Below, piece by piece: positions 52,112 to 64,000 of a DNA stretch of 64,000 nucleotides; the stretch's first letter is position 1, and the number at the start of each line of letters is the position of its first letter. The notes beneath the pieces are model-generated. The model made no database searches, was not told the origin of the DNA, and was given only the letters and a program-made list of their open reading frames with translations. Source of the stretch: Utricularia gibba (taxonomy: Eukaryota; Plantae; Magnoliophyta); assembly GCA_002189035.1 (NCBI GenBank), contig CM007992.1:2232001-2296000 (forward strand), read 5' to 3'. Made by a program: the position numbers and the translations under genes.

Positions 52112-52319
52112 GTCTAATATCATGTTCTAATATCTTTATAGTTTCAAATGACATATTTACTACAATCATTGTCGCAATAAATATGCCAATTTTTGTTATT
52201 GATTGGCTCTCTTTTAACAATTAGCATCAGAACCCTAAGGCATTTCTACAATGACAATAGATGGTGATATACATTCTTTTGTACAATTTATAATACTAAA
52301 ATTAAATCAATTATATGAG

Positions 52320-55300
52320 CATTGGTCAATGCTCATGGAGAACTTCTTGAAGTAGAAGAAGTTTTATCATCTCATTAAATGTGGAATGCCAACGACCCCT
52401 TGATCTACCACCACTACTGAGCGAAGGAAGGCATAAGAAGACAAAAAAGTAAAGGCATATGAAGGCAAAAATTAAAGGATCTTTGATGATAAATTGTTTC
52501 TTCAAATTGTAGAAATTTGGACACAATTCTTAATAAAAATACATCAAAGGAGACTTGGGATGCATGGCCAAATGATTCATTGGAAATGCAAGGGTCAAAT
52601 AATCTTACCTTTAACTTCATGTAAGAATTTGAGACCTTAAAATGCACGAAAATAAAGGTATCACTTTTTTTTTTGAAACTATGTGTGCATTAAAGGAAAC
52701 TTGGAATACCATGGTAGGTAAGATTAGCACCAATGGAGAGGTTGTATGATGTAGGTGTGAATAAGGAGAAAAATTTCCACAAACCAATTCTCATACCAAC
52801 ACACTAAAATGATTTCAACAGAACAATTTCACTGAAGTATAAACAACAAGTCTACAAAATAACACCCAAAGGACACCAAGTTCACAAAAGGTTCCAAACA
52901 AGAATGCTCAACCAAATACAAGCAACAATCAACATAAGATGAACTACCTGAAATGTCCCATAGAAATGAAACAAAAAAAATCAAATAAACTCTGGGAAGG
53001 TTGGCATTTTCAACTTCTAGGAAACAAATGGTGTTAGCTGGTACTCTCATGCTAAGCTTTTGAACTCAACTATCAGAAGAGGAGAACCTCCTTTCCTCAT
53101 TGCCACCACAACTATTTGAAAAGGGAATCCTGACGATTTGGATATGCATCACGGACCAATCCAAGGAGTGGTTGGGCTTCTTTGATCCACACCATTGTGA
53201 GAGATACTAAGTTTGTTGAAAAGGTTTTATGATACTAAGGGAAAAGTACAATTTTATTGTGTGCTTCATTAAAGATTGCAAGGATGCTAACATCATGTCA
53301 ATAGATGAACTTTCAAGTTCATTGTTAGTGCATAAATAGAAACTTGGGAAGTTCAAGTAGAATGCAAATAAAAAAAGAAAATCAATAAGTACTAATGACT
53401 CAAACCTAGAATTTAGAGACTTCTAACAAAAGAGGTTGAGGTGGGTTTCAAAGAAGAGGTAGAGATCATGTTAGATAATTAACTAAGAGATCATTGAATT
53501 GTATAAATGCCATAAGTTGGATCACTTCAAAAGCACATGCCTAGAGATTTAACAAATGAATCACAACATTGAGGAATAAGATGAAGGTATCCTTTTAATG
53601 GCTTCTGATGATGTGATTCAAAAAGATAAAATTTTTAACGGTCAAAATGATCACATGTTCGATATTAAGAATGATGGTTAGTATTTAGACTTTGGTATTG
53701 AAATCATATGTGTGGGGAGAAAGCTTTTCTTGCCTCCCTAGATCCGTCAACCAACAAATTCATTAGACTAGGTGACATAAGGCTCAAGATAAGAGGCATA
53801 GATGCCATTTCATTGTTTTTAATACTTGCAATACATTTCATACTCAAACTTCAAAGCAATTTATTGAGTGTTGGACAACTTGCTGAAAAACATCGACAAT
53901 AAGTTTTAAGAAGCAGCATTAGATAGCCTATCATCCAAAAAGAGGTTAAATCTTATTTGTTCCAGCAAGCTCCAATTATTTATCTTTTATGAAGGCATCC
54001 ATACAAGGATATTTTAAATATTGCAACATAATATGGAATGAGAAAATAGTGTTCTAGAAAAATTGATATGCTTATCTTAACTATCAAAGGTGAAATGAAC
54101 TTCTTACCAAAAACATGGTACATGGCTCGTACTCGATATGTTTTTTTTTCCTCTGTGTCCGATGCCTCGTAGGAAAACAACATTATGAAGCTCGCAAGTA
54201 AAAAAGTGACTAGAGAGCAACTGAATCTCTTGAACTGATGCATTTAGATATATTTGATCCAATCAATCCTTATACTAATGGTTTCTAAAAGTATTTTATT
54301 ACAAGATCTGGATTTTTTTATGTTATTCAAATCTACTATTGAGAGGGAATTGGGTTTACTCATTAAGACATATGAAATTGACAAAGGAATTGAATATAAT
54401 TCTACAAAAATTTTTACTTTCTACCATGCATCAAAAGGTATTTAAAACCTCCAAAAACATCATAAAAAATGGGATAACAAAAAGGGAAAATCATGCTATT
54501 TTAGATATGACTATATCTATCTTGGCACCCACTAAAATGCCAAAGTACTTTTGGAAACGAGCAATTAATTAGAATGCTTATGTTATAAGTAGAAGTCCAA
54601 TATCATTATTCTAAAGTACTACTCCAGAAGAGACTTAGAATGGTAAGAAGGCTAATGCAATACATTTTTTAATTTTTGGATGCATTGGTCATGTTCATGT
54701 TTTAAATGAGAATAGAACAAAGTTGAACAAAAGAAGTTATGCGTATGTCATGCTAGGCATGATGTAATTGTAGATTTTACAATGTAATCACTATTAGCAT
54801 TATAATAATAAGAGATGTTTTTGAAGAAAATAAAGTTTGGAACAAGAATCTAGTAGGGCCAAATACACCCAATATTGCCACTAGAACCTATTGAAATTAA
54901 AGATGAAGAACAACAAAAAGAATTAAAACCACCTTTTGCATCTGAAGAGTCTATTGAGCAATAAAACACTAATACATCATCAAGTGATGCTGCAACCATC
55001 GGGTAGCAATAAGAAAAAACCAGCTAGCCACTAGTAAGATTTCACGACTATGTGATGGATGATGAAGTTGATGCTCTTATAGCTATGATTGATGAAACAC
55101 CAAGAACATTTGAAGAAGTTATGAAGGTCAGACATTCAAAAGATGCAATGCATGTTGAAAGGAATAACATAGGTTTTGGTATATTTTCCTTAAAATGCAA
55201 AAACAAATTGGTCTTAAATGGGTCTTTAAGGTCAAATACAAGGAGACAAATGAACTAGACAAATACCAGATGAGATTGGTGGGAAAAGGTTAGTCTCAAA

Positions 55301-55720
55301 GGAAGGTATTGATTTGAATGAAATATTTGCACCAATAGCTCATTTAGACACTATTCATCTGATCTTGCATTTCAACATACATTCATTGGTTCCTATTTCA
55401 ATTAGAAGTTAAATCAACTTTTATACACGGTAATTTACTAGAAAATGTGCATGTTGTGCAACTGCAGGGATATAGAGATAACACAACAAAGTCTACAAGT
55501 TAAATAAAGCTTTTTATGGTCTTTAACAAGCACCATGTGCTTGGTTTAACAAATTATAAACTTTTTTTTTCGGATGATGGATTGGAAAGGAATGAGGAAA
55601 GGATAGATTCATCCAGAAAGGTTATGAAAATAAATGTTTAATATTAAATGTTTATATTGATAATCTTCTTAATATGAAAATAGCTTAGAATTGATTGAAA
55701 AATGCCGAAACTCCCATGTT
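52320..55720 (+). mobile_element. Highly degenerate Ty1/copia element (gag, PR, INT and RT fragments)
   Basis: MENFLK..FYHLI, LDTILNKNTSKETWD, MSIDELSSSLLVH, CYKCHKLDHF, NHMCGEK, integrase remnants (54250-54750) and RT remnants (55100-55700). About 400 bp of unassigned sequence is inserted at ~52780-53190. No LTRs were found. Confidence 0.8.
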
Positions 55721-55729
55721 GAATCACTA

Positions 55730-55960
55730 TGAGATGACTATCCTGGAAAATATGTGATATTTTATATTGAATCTCCAGTATAAAAAATTCCAAATTTTAG
55801 GGTACCTTGAAGATATCAAGCAATTCTCTTAACTAGTTGCATATGCATCTCTTTTGGATGAGGTGATGTACGGACTAGGTGCTGTGAGGGCCTATACAAT
55901 GTTAGACCGAGTTGCCCTCAAATATATTAAAATTTCAATCATTTGTCGCATGTCTCCTGC
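55730..55960 (-). mobile_element. Copia RT C-terminal / RNase H start fragment in inverted orientation
   Basis: Minus strand RQMIEILIYLRATRSNIV.A..., then RYLQGTLKFGIFY-like sequence after a frameshift. Confidence 0.6.
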
Positions 55961-57958
55961 ATTGCCTTCTATATTACTGCCCAATTGTCTTCAAAGCAAT
56001 TCAGATTTATATTCTTAACACTTACTGTTAGTCTTTTCACAAGTTTTTTAGAATTTAAGTCATATTCCTATTTTTGTTATTCTCAATCGGAGTCTAATGT
56101 CACATTCTAGTTATCTTCGTCTTTCATTTGTAGGTGGCTTATTTACAGCCATCATTGTCAGCAAAAAGACATGTCATTTTCCCTTTAACATGTGACTCTC
56201 TTCTAACAAGGATAAAGCTCATTAGCGATCGAGTGTCGCTTAGTGTAGCCATTCACTCCGACGAATTGCTTTGTTTGTGTTCGGATTGAAGACTATATAT
56301 TTGAACACCCAGAAAATAAAGCAATTCAACGGCAAATTTCTGAAATTAAAAAATGTGAAGCAGTAATTTTGTTTGTTTGGAGTATTCAGTCTGTGATTGC
56401 GTGCTGGAGCAGTACGTGGTTGTAAAGAATCCAATGAGTATAGTTGTAGTGGCATATAATAAATAATGAGTCAGATGGTCCATCCACTGCATCATCATGA
56501 TCGAGATGAGGAGGATGCGTAGCTTTCATTGCATGCTCCAAAACAAAACACAACAAGAAGAAATGCCTTGGGAGAGTAGTTTTTGTTGTGTTTCTGGTAG
56601 ATGGGAATTTTCTACGTCTTCCGAAACCAGACTACATTCTATTCCCCTTTTTCTATTCGCCTTCGCCTTTTCATGCATCAACAGCGACGTCTCATCTTTT
56701 TTTCAAATTCCACCATGCTACATCCTCTAAAAAAAAATGCAATATTCAAACATGTTCATATTTCACGGTGCCTAAATCCCAATTCATGCAAAATTAAATT
56801 TCAAATGTTTAATAGTTTTAACAATTTAATCATTTTTGCGTCAGATTGCAGATAAAATTTTTAAAATGGGGTAAAATGTTTAAGATACCATGAAATTCGT
56901 AGTACTGTTGAATATTAAAAAAAAAATGAGTGCCACAAATAGTTTATTTTCAAAACAGAAATAGTATGCTTTGTCCTAAAATTTTACCTATTTCCCATAT
57001 CCTTACATTCGAAAAATTAGTCCCACTCTCCTCCAACTCACTATCTTCCAAGCCATGAACCAAAACTAAAGGCGCTTTTCCAAGTAGAATGCATGCCACC
57101 GTTGAATTCAGCGATGGCATGATTTGCAGTTGTTGATTCACATGATCAAATCGTGTGAAACCACTGATTCAGACTTGAAAAAGTCACTTACAGGTTCGAT
57201 TTTCCATCTTATAAACCGTCACTGCTTTTTCTGATGTAGGATGAAACCTCTTTATCCGATGAGAAGAAGCTGGAATTGAGGAAGTTATGTGCATGGATCG
57301 AAAGAGTCGTGTGTCCAGCTTCGCAGTGCATGGACTCTGGAAGACATTAATCTGTGTCACTAACGTAGTATCATTAGCCTCGAATTATTGTCTGCAAAAA
57401 GAATGTTACATAAAGAAGCACAAAGATTCCTTGAACCGCACAGTTCCATATGCAAGATCTAAACACTGTTGGCTCTTTCTCATCGGCCATTTTCCTTTTT
57501 TCCTTCCTGCATGATTACTCCTCATCGTTTTCCTCCTTGGACTGGACTCTCCCCGCTTTTTTTTGAATGTTTAGATAGATTTTGGAAAACCTCCTCGTAA
57601 AATAAACTGATTAACTTATACAGTATGTAATAATGTGACGACTGTGCTGATATGCAACGATTGTTCAAAGAAAAGGAGAAGTGCACTGTGGCATTATCAT
57701 TTTTGATCGTTGTATAATAGTTTAATTAGTAACCAAATTCTGTGATTTGGAGCTCTTGAATAAAGAAGTGTCTGTGTGTGCGGGGTGCGTGAACTGTAAA
57801 GCTTGTACTGAACAACAAAAACAAGACATGTAAATGCAAAATGGATTCCCTTTTCAGATTAACAGCAGTAACAAACTTCCATGAAATTCTACTATATATA
57901 CTTCCATCTCCATGCACCATTCTTCTTTCTAACACCTCCACCAAACCCTACAAAAAAC

Positions 57959-58291
57959 ATGGCGCTCCAAGACGATAAATCAGTCAAGACCCCCGCTCCA
58001 TCTTCCATCGCCTTGTTGCGGGAGAGATTCCGACGACTGGAGAGAGTGAAAGAGCTCCGGCACGAGCAACAGATTCTCCGATCCTTTTCAAAATTGGGAC
58101 GACATGATTCGAGTCCACGGCGGTGGGAGCCCGCGCCGCCGTGTCAGCTATCCCTGTCCCTTTGGCCACCCGCGGCGGAGCCAAGGATGAATCCGGCGTG
58201 CCCGAATGCTGCGAGGCGTGCGGATGCTCGTTGGGTGCAGTTGGAGATCGAAGGCGCAACCTCGGATGTGGATACCTCTCTTCATCTCTGA
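57959..58291 (+). CDS. Small intronless uncharacterized plant protein (110 aa)
   Basis: SSIALLRERFRRLERVKE N-terminal motif, LSLSLWP and C-terminal DVDTSLHL, as in a conserved plant family. GC-rich ORF, with a TATA-like TATATATA at ~57893 and an AAACCCTA motif in the 5' UTR. Confidence 0.78.
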   Translation: MALQDDKSVKTPAPSSIALLRERFRRLERVKELRHEQQILRSFSKLGRHDSSPRRWEPAPPCQLSLSLWPPAAEPRMNPACPNAARRADARWVQLEIEGATSDVDTSLHL

Positions 58292-59574
58292 TGTTGCAGC
58301 AGGATACACTAGCTTTATCATCAATAAGCTCCTCCTTCCTTCTCATCCATGTTACAGTTTTCATATGTAGCCTAAATTAGAAGTCTTCCTATGTTTAAAT
58401 GTACCTCCAAATTCAAAGGTTTTTTTTTTATTTATTTTCATATTGAAGTCGATCGTACACAGGAGTTGAATTCATCGAAATTCACCCAAAGATTTTGGAC
58501 TCAGAAAATTTGACTCAATCACCATTCACATGGAACAGTTCTAGCTCAAACCCAACGCATGGGCTCACCTGCCCATGCCTTAAAATTATATAGTTAATAA
58601 AAAAATATTTATCTATATAATAAATAATTCTATACAAGTATTTTGGGTTGGTGGGTTCGTAGATGAATTCATATGAATTCAAATCCAAAAGTTAAAATTT
58701 TATGGATTTGAAATTCCACTTATTTTCGAATTCAAAGCTACTTGAGATTGCAAATTCACATTTATCATCCCAAAAAGGCGCAAAATGTTTTAAAAGTTTC
58801 AGGGCCCAGCCCATAAGGGTAGTTGAGCTACTCTCCCCCACCAGGCTCAATTGTTGAACCGGACAAGAAGAATTGGACAGCCCGGTTTTCAACTCACTGC
58901 GTTGATCCCTGAACGGCGGCGGTGCGGCTTTCTACCGACCAATAGTGTAAGGTTTTTTTATATTCTATTATTTTAAAAAAAAACTTTTTGTTTAGTAACT
59001 TTAATAAAATAAGAATTATATCTCTGCTTTAATAAAATAATAAATAATAAATATTTTTTTTTTTTTAAAACATGGATCACTAGTATCTGTCAACAAAAGT
59101 AAAATCATTAAACTATTCAAAGCAGAATTTTAATTCATCCACTATCCTTCCCAAATTGTAGCAACATCAAGTATTGATGGTAATTATGAAAGTATACAAA
59201 TCGTTTCTCCACATGGAATTGATTATTCAATTTTTATTAAAACAATGATTCAAAAATAATTGAAAACAAAAGGAAAGAAAAATTTTAAAAATAATATAAA
59301 AAATGGTTTTAAATCTATGTTTCACTTTTCTAAAATTCATTCATGTATATATGTGTAAACTTTCAGACTTACCTACTTACAAAAATTCTGAAGATGTTAT
59401 TTCTCAAATAATGTTAATTTGTAACTATTAGAGTATCATACCTTATTTAGTGAGAATATAAAATCAATCACATCATCAAATACATTCAATCCCAACTTCT
59501 ACACTTCACATAATGGTAGATAGATTAGGTCAATGTGTCATACCAATGTTATTTGATTGAACTCTTTTCCTTAG

Positions 59575-60069
59575 AGTCACGTTTGGTTGTTCGGTAACGC
59601 TCAAACTTGGTTTAGTTTAATTGAGTTTAGATAAAAGGATTTTATAACTTTAAAAAATTATTCGTGTTTGGTTGATGAGTTTAATTGATTTGAGTTTAAA
59701 ATGAAAACTTGTTTGATATGTGGATATAAAATTAAATATATGATGAATTTATATATAAAATTACTAATATACCTTTTAATTAATTAAAAACATAGATTGG
59801 TGGATAGATCTACGTTTGAGATGCTTTCAATTGGGTTCTCATAGATCTGCATTCAAATTTGTACTAACGTGAGGATAGAATTAGAAGCTACAATCCTTGT
59901 TTATCTAACCCGAACACCCTTTATCAATTTAGTTAAAACCCATTCAATGGATTCCCGTTAGGTGTATAGGCAGTAGGTGGGTATATCCACCTGAAATCCA
60001 TGTATCAAACATGGGTTTATTCCTAAACTCACACAGAAACCCACCTAAACTATCCAATCAAACATGGCC
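59575..60069. mobile_element. Tourist-like MITE (PIF/Harbinger-derived)
   Basis: Imperfect TIRs AGTCACGTTTGGTTG and GGCCATGTTTGATTG (reverse complement). A 3-bp TAG direct repeat lies at 59572-59574 and 60070-60072. Length 495 bp, non-coding. Confidence 0.7.
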
Positions 60070-61664
60070 TAGATGTTTATGACCAATTCTACATTATTCT
60101 TATAATCTAAGGTTATGTAGTATTAGAAAAACATATTGATATTAAAAAACATAGTAAAATAATCACATGTCCAATAATTTATGCAAACAAAACTTCATTA
60201 CAAATCTTTATTCACAAGTGCCTAGATATGCATATTCAACTCTAATATACAAAAAATGATAAAAAATGAAAAGAAATGAAACTGACACATGCTGTACTTG
60301 ATTCCAGGCTTCTAAGCTGATTCAAAGACTCTTGGGACTCAAAAGATTTGTATCGAGATCTTCATATAAGTGCATATACTTCTTTATCTTTCTTGATATA
60401 ATTGTATCAAATATTCTATATGAATCTTTAAGATAAAATACAAATCTTTTAAAATAAGATACAAATCTTTTAAAATAATATTCAAATTTTATCTTATTCA
60501 AGAATCATTGATTAAGTGTTTACTCGTATTGTGTTTAATATTATTAATTTGTAAGAAATTATAATTATCCACATAAGTTTAATATGAATTCAATAGTTTT
60601 CTAAATTCTAATAAACTTTTAATAATGACTCATCATCTGGATATAATTCATACTTTTTAAAATTGGAATGAGAGGAAAGTATGAATAAAATAATTTAGAT
60701 AATTAAATAAAAGATAGACAATTAGATTATATGGATAAATAAGTCTTTTCAATATTGAATATAAAAACAATCATATTCTCTTTGTGATTTGATGGGTATA
60801 TAATATTTGAATAGTATATTTATAATCAAGTACTAAATTGTCAAATTTTTATGAAATTATCATAAATCAATATTAAACTGGTACATTTTAAATATACAAT
60901 TATGTAATCAAAATCAAGTGTTGTTGGATTCTTGAAAAGAATAAAATTTATATTTATATTCATTTAAAATAAATTGTAATTTAGAACCATATTTGGAATT
61001 TGAAACTATACAAATCTTTGATTTTACAATTGGTTGTACGTTTCTTCAAATTTTAAAAGTCTCAATCCAAAACTGATTCATTAGTATGGTTTCAAAAGGA
61101 TTAAATTTGTTGTTATTTGTAACGTTTAAACTAATTTGAATTCTCTTTTCCTATCAATGAAATAAAATAATATCACTTTTTAATAATAATATAAAATTTT
61201 TTGGAGAAATTAATATGTGTCACTTTTTAAAATTGATATCAATTATTTAAATTATTTGTTATATATTTTATTAGAAACTTATTAATACAAAATGTTTGTA
61301 TTTAAATTTGAGTGATGCAAATGTATGAATAAAATTTTTATTTGAAAAATTTAATAAAATTTGTCATTAGATAAATTAAATAAATAAACATGCATTAGTT
61401 ATATATAAAAATCCTGAATAAAATAATTTTTAATATGAAGCATTTCTTTTTCTTTCTAATTAATTTAGTAAATGAAATAGTTTCATAAAGCGTTAAAGTC
61501 AGAATGCCTTTTTGTTTCGCAGAGGGTAAGAATTTGAATCTGCTTACGATATCTCTCTGCATTCATTGCTGACACGTCAGATTTCTACTGCTTATACCTC
61601 CTCCTCCACTCTACTCCGACTTGTCTCCGCTCTCTGCATTCTGCAACAAGAACAAGCAACGAAG

Positions 61665-63241
61665 ATGGGCGAGGTAGGTTTTCCCTTCGGATTCCTCATT
61701 TCTCTGCTGTGATTATTCATTTCTTGTGTCGACCGAAGGAGAAGCAAAAGGAAGGAGGCAAGAAGAAGGACGAAGCGTCTCTGTCTCAGGAAATTATCCT
61801 CAAAGTCGATATGCACTGCCAAGCCTGCGCCAGAAAAATCGTCACGGCACTCAAAGGCTCTCAGGGTATTATTTTCTCTACATGATTAATTTCCATTTTC
61901 CATGTTTGGGTTTCCATTTTCCATTCTCTCTAAATGTGGGTTTTTTTGGGGGTCGTGTTTCTAGGTGTTGAGGAGATTACAGCGGATTGCAAAGCAGGGA
62001 GAGTGGTTGTGAAGGGGGAGGGGATGGATCCTTTGAATTTATGCCAACGGATTCAGAAGAGAAGCGGCCGGAAAGCCGAAGTTATATCTCCAGTACCCAA
62101 ACCGCCGCCTCAGAGCAAGCCGGATGAGACTAAAGCCTCCTCGAAACAAGAAAACACAAAGCAGGTACCTCATGAAATTTCAAATCTTGGCAATGTGAAA
62201 TGGAAAACAGGGGACTTGTACAACATCAATGATCCTTAGTCTACTTCTTAGGGAAAAAATGAGTAGAGATTTTGACTGATTTGGTGGATAACTAGATTGT
62301 GTTTTATTGTTCTTATGCTTCTCATGAGATTTATGCCCTGAAAACCCCCACTTTGTCAAGGTTAGTATGTTTCTATATGAATGCATGATAGTCTCGGGTT
62401 CCATGAAAGTAACACTGGAGCAGAATTAAGGAAGGAGCCGTATGGGGACACTGACGGATGAGTTTCAGCATTTAGCAAAGAAATGGTAGTTCGATTCTGC
62501 TGCATTCAATTATGAATGTCCCAACTATTGGCCCTCACTTTTCTATCAGTATACATTGCCCGTTGAAACAATTTGTAGAAGCTGAAGGTGATGTGGTCTA
62601 TAGGATTGCAAGGATGACTCGTCTTCCATGTTGGGTCATATTCGCTGCCTCCTGTGGACCATAAGCATTATCTGCTTTTACTCGCCTAGTGACATGCTTT
62701 TGGCTGATGCATCCTAGTGTAATGCGTTCATTGTTTGAATCTTGGTTTCATCATAGGAGACTCCATCCGCTGCAACCGCAGTGTTGAAAGTCAGAATGCA
62801 TTGTGAAGCGTGTGCTCAAGCATTGCAGAAGAGGATTGGAAAAATCAAAGGTAGCTCTGTTTTATCTTTAACCACTATAAACTTTTCGAACTGAACCGCG
62901 GGTGCATTCGATTTGCAGGGGTGGAGTCCGTGGCGACCGATACCAGTAAGGATCAAGTGACTGTGAAAAGTGTCCTGGAGAATGAGAAGCTGCTGACTGA
63001 AGTGTATAAGCGAACAGGGAAGCAGGCGACGATCGAGAAGGCGGAGGACAAGGACAAGAAGAAAGAAGAAGAGAAAAGGGGTGACGAGAAGCAAGAAGAG
63101 GAGAAGAAAACTGATGCAAAGAAAGCTGAAACGATCTCTCCATCAAAATGCTACTCGGAGGCTGATGGCACTGCAGCTGCTTACACCTATGCACCTCAGT
63201 ACTTCAGTGATGAGAATCCGAATGCTTGTGCGGTAATGTGA
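61665..63241 (+). CDS. HIPP: Heavy-metal-associated isoprenylated plant protein (HIPP, two HMA domains). Exons 61665-61673, 61739-61865, 61965-62164, 62757-62850 and 62919-63241 give 250 aa.
   Basis: HMA motifs LKVDMHCQAC and LKVRMHCEAC, a K/E-rich linker, PQYFSDENPNAC and C-terminal CaaX CAVM. All introns are GT-AG and the spliced length of 753 nt is in frame. Confidence 0.95.
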
Positions 63242-63380
63242 TGAAGTTTCTCGGTATGAGATGCAATGCATATATATGATATGTATGCCCAGTAGTGTAT
63301 TTGTAAGAACTGAATAATAGCTTTTGTTTCTTTGATGTCAATCCATTACTTTTGAAGTTGTTAAATGTCTGATAATAATT

Positions 63381-63396
63381 TATATATATATATATA
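63381..63396. repeat. (TA)8 microsatellite
   Basis: Read directly from the sequence. Confidence 0.9.
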
Positions 63397-63759
63397 TGTT
63401 AGGACGAGACTCACAACCACTTTTACATAATAAATTCATATAATTTAAATTTTTAAATAAAATACTAAAACATAAAAAGGATAAGAAGCTAACAATAAAA
63501 ATTAACATAGAGTTTTTATATTTGTATAATTTAACGAAAAACATTTTTTAAGAAGTGATCTTGAAAAAATACAAGTTAGGTTTTCTTTTGCAGATAGTTT
63601 ATTATTTTCTAAAATCGTTTCTAAATGTTTAAGCTTTTTAAAATATAATTTAATTATATTTAATAATAAAAAAAATTTTAATATTTTTTTATAAACAATA
63701 TGTTTCAAAAAATAATATAAGGATTGGACGAAACACGCCGCTTCCGTAACAGCAAAGCA

Positions 63760-63960
63760 ATTTGGATCCCGTTTTTGTGTTGCCAACGTCCACCGTCCAC
63801 GGCCACCGCCCACGCCGGCACCTTTTCCTTCAACGGCGACCAAAGAGCAGAATGGCAGTAAGATTGTGTTTCGTGTGTTCTGGATTTCAGGGATTTCTTG
63901 AAGGAGGGGAGATGGTTAGGGATTTGGATTGTATGTTGTCTCATCAAGCATTTGCGTAGA
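63760..63960 (+). other. Possible 5' UTR and micro first exon of the next gene
   Basis: GC-rich stretch ending ...CAGAATGGCA|GTAAGA, which could be ATG GCA followed by a canonical donor site. The rest would lie outside the window. Confidence 0.25.
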
Positions 63961-64000
63961 ATTATGCGAATCAATGGATATCATACTTTTAACATATAGA

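Noticed and set aside
58178-58196. AGCCAAGGATGA matches the 5' part of miR169
   Set aside because: Only 12 nt match, it lies inside a CDS, and there is no hairpin partner.
1-64000. CRISPR arrays, prokaryotic defence systems, rRNA/tRNA genes and organellar insertions
   Set aside because: None seen. The introns, plant TE lineages and gene content indicate plant nuclear DNA, and the tRNA-like matches are only retroelement PBS sites.

Overview
This window is plant (probably eudicot) nuclear DNA. Most of it is nested, decayed transposons, with a few spliceosomal host genes between them. Bases 1-10.3 kb hold an Ale-type Ty1/copia element on the minus strand that carries three insertions: an Angela-type copia, an LTR fragment and a PIF/Harbinger DNA transposon with intact TIRs and TSD. 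The 11-14.7 kb gene island holds a RABA5-type Rab GTPase pseudogene, an intact 4-exon thymidine kinase and an intronless At1g76070-like gene. From 23.8 to 56 kb there is a hAT-derived MITE, a TSD-bounded Tork-type copia with a deleted Athila element nested in its integrase, an Ivana-type copia, several Athila LTR and env-like remnants, a decayed Ac-family hAT and further copia fragments. The 58-63.2 kb region holds a small conserved protein gene, a Tourist-like MITE and an intact 5-exon HIPP gene. I found no CRISPR arrays, rRNA, tRNA or organellar insertions, and no convincing evidence of a wholly new biological system. The best leads are an antisense exon-like fragment inside the PIF element and an inversion of LTR ages, where the nested element's LTRs look more diverged than its host's. 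All family assignments come from motif recognition and all alignments and counts were done by eye, not by database search.
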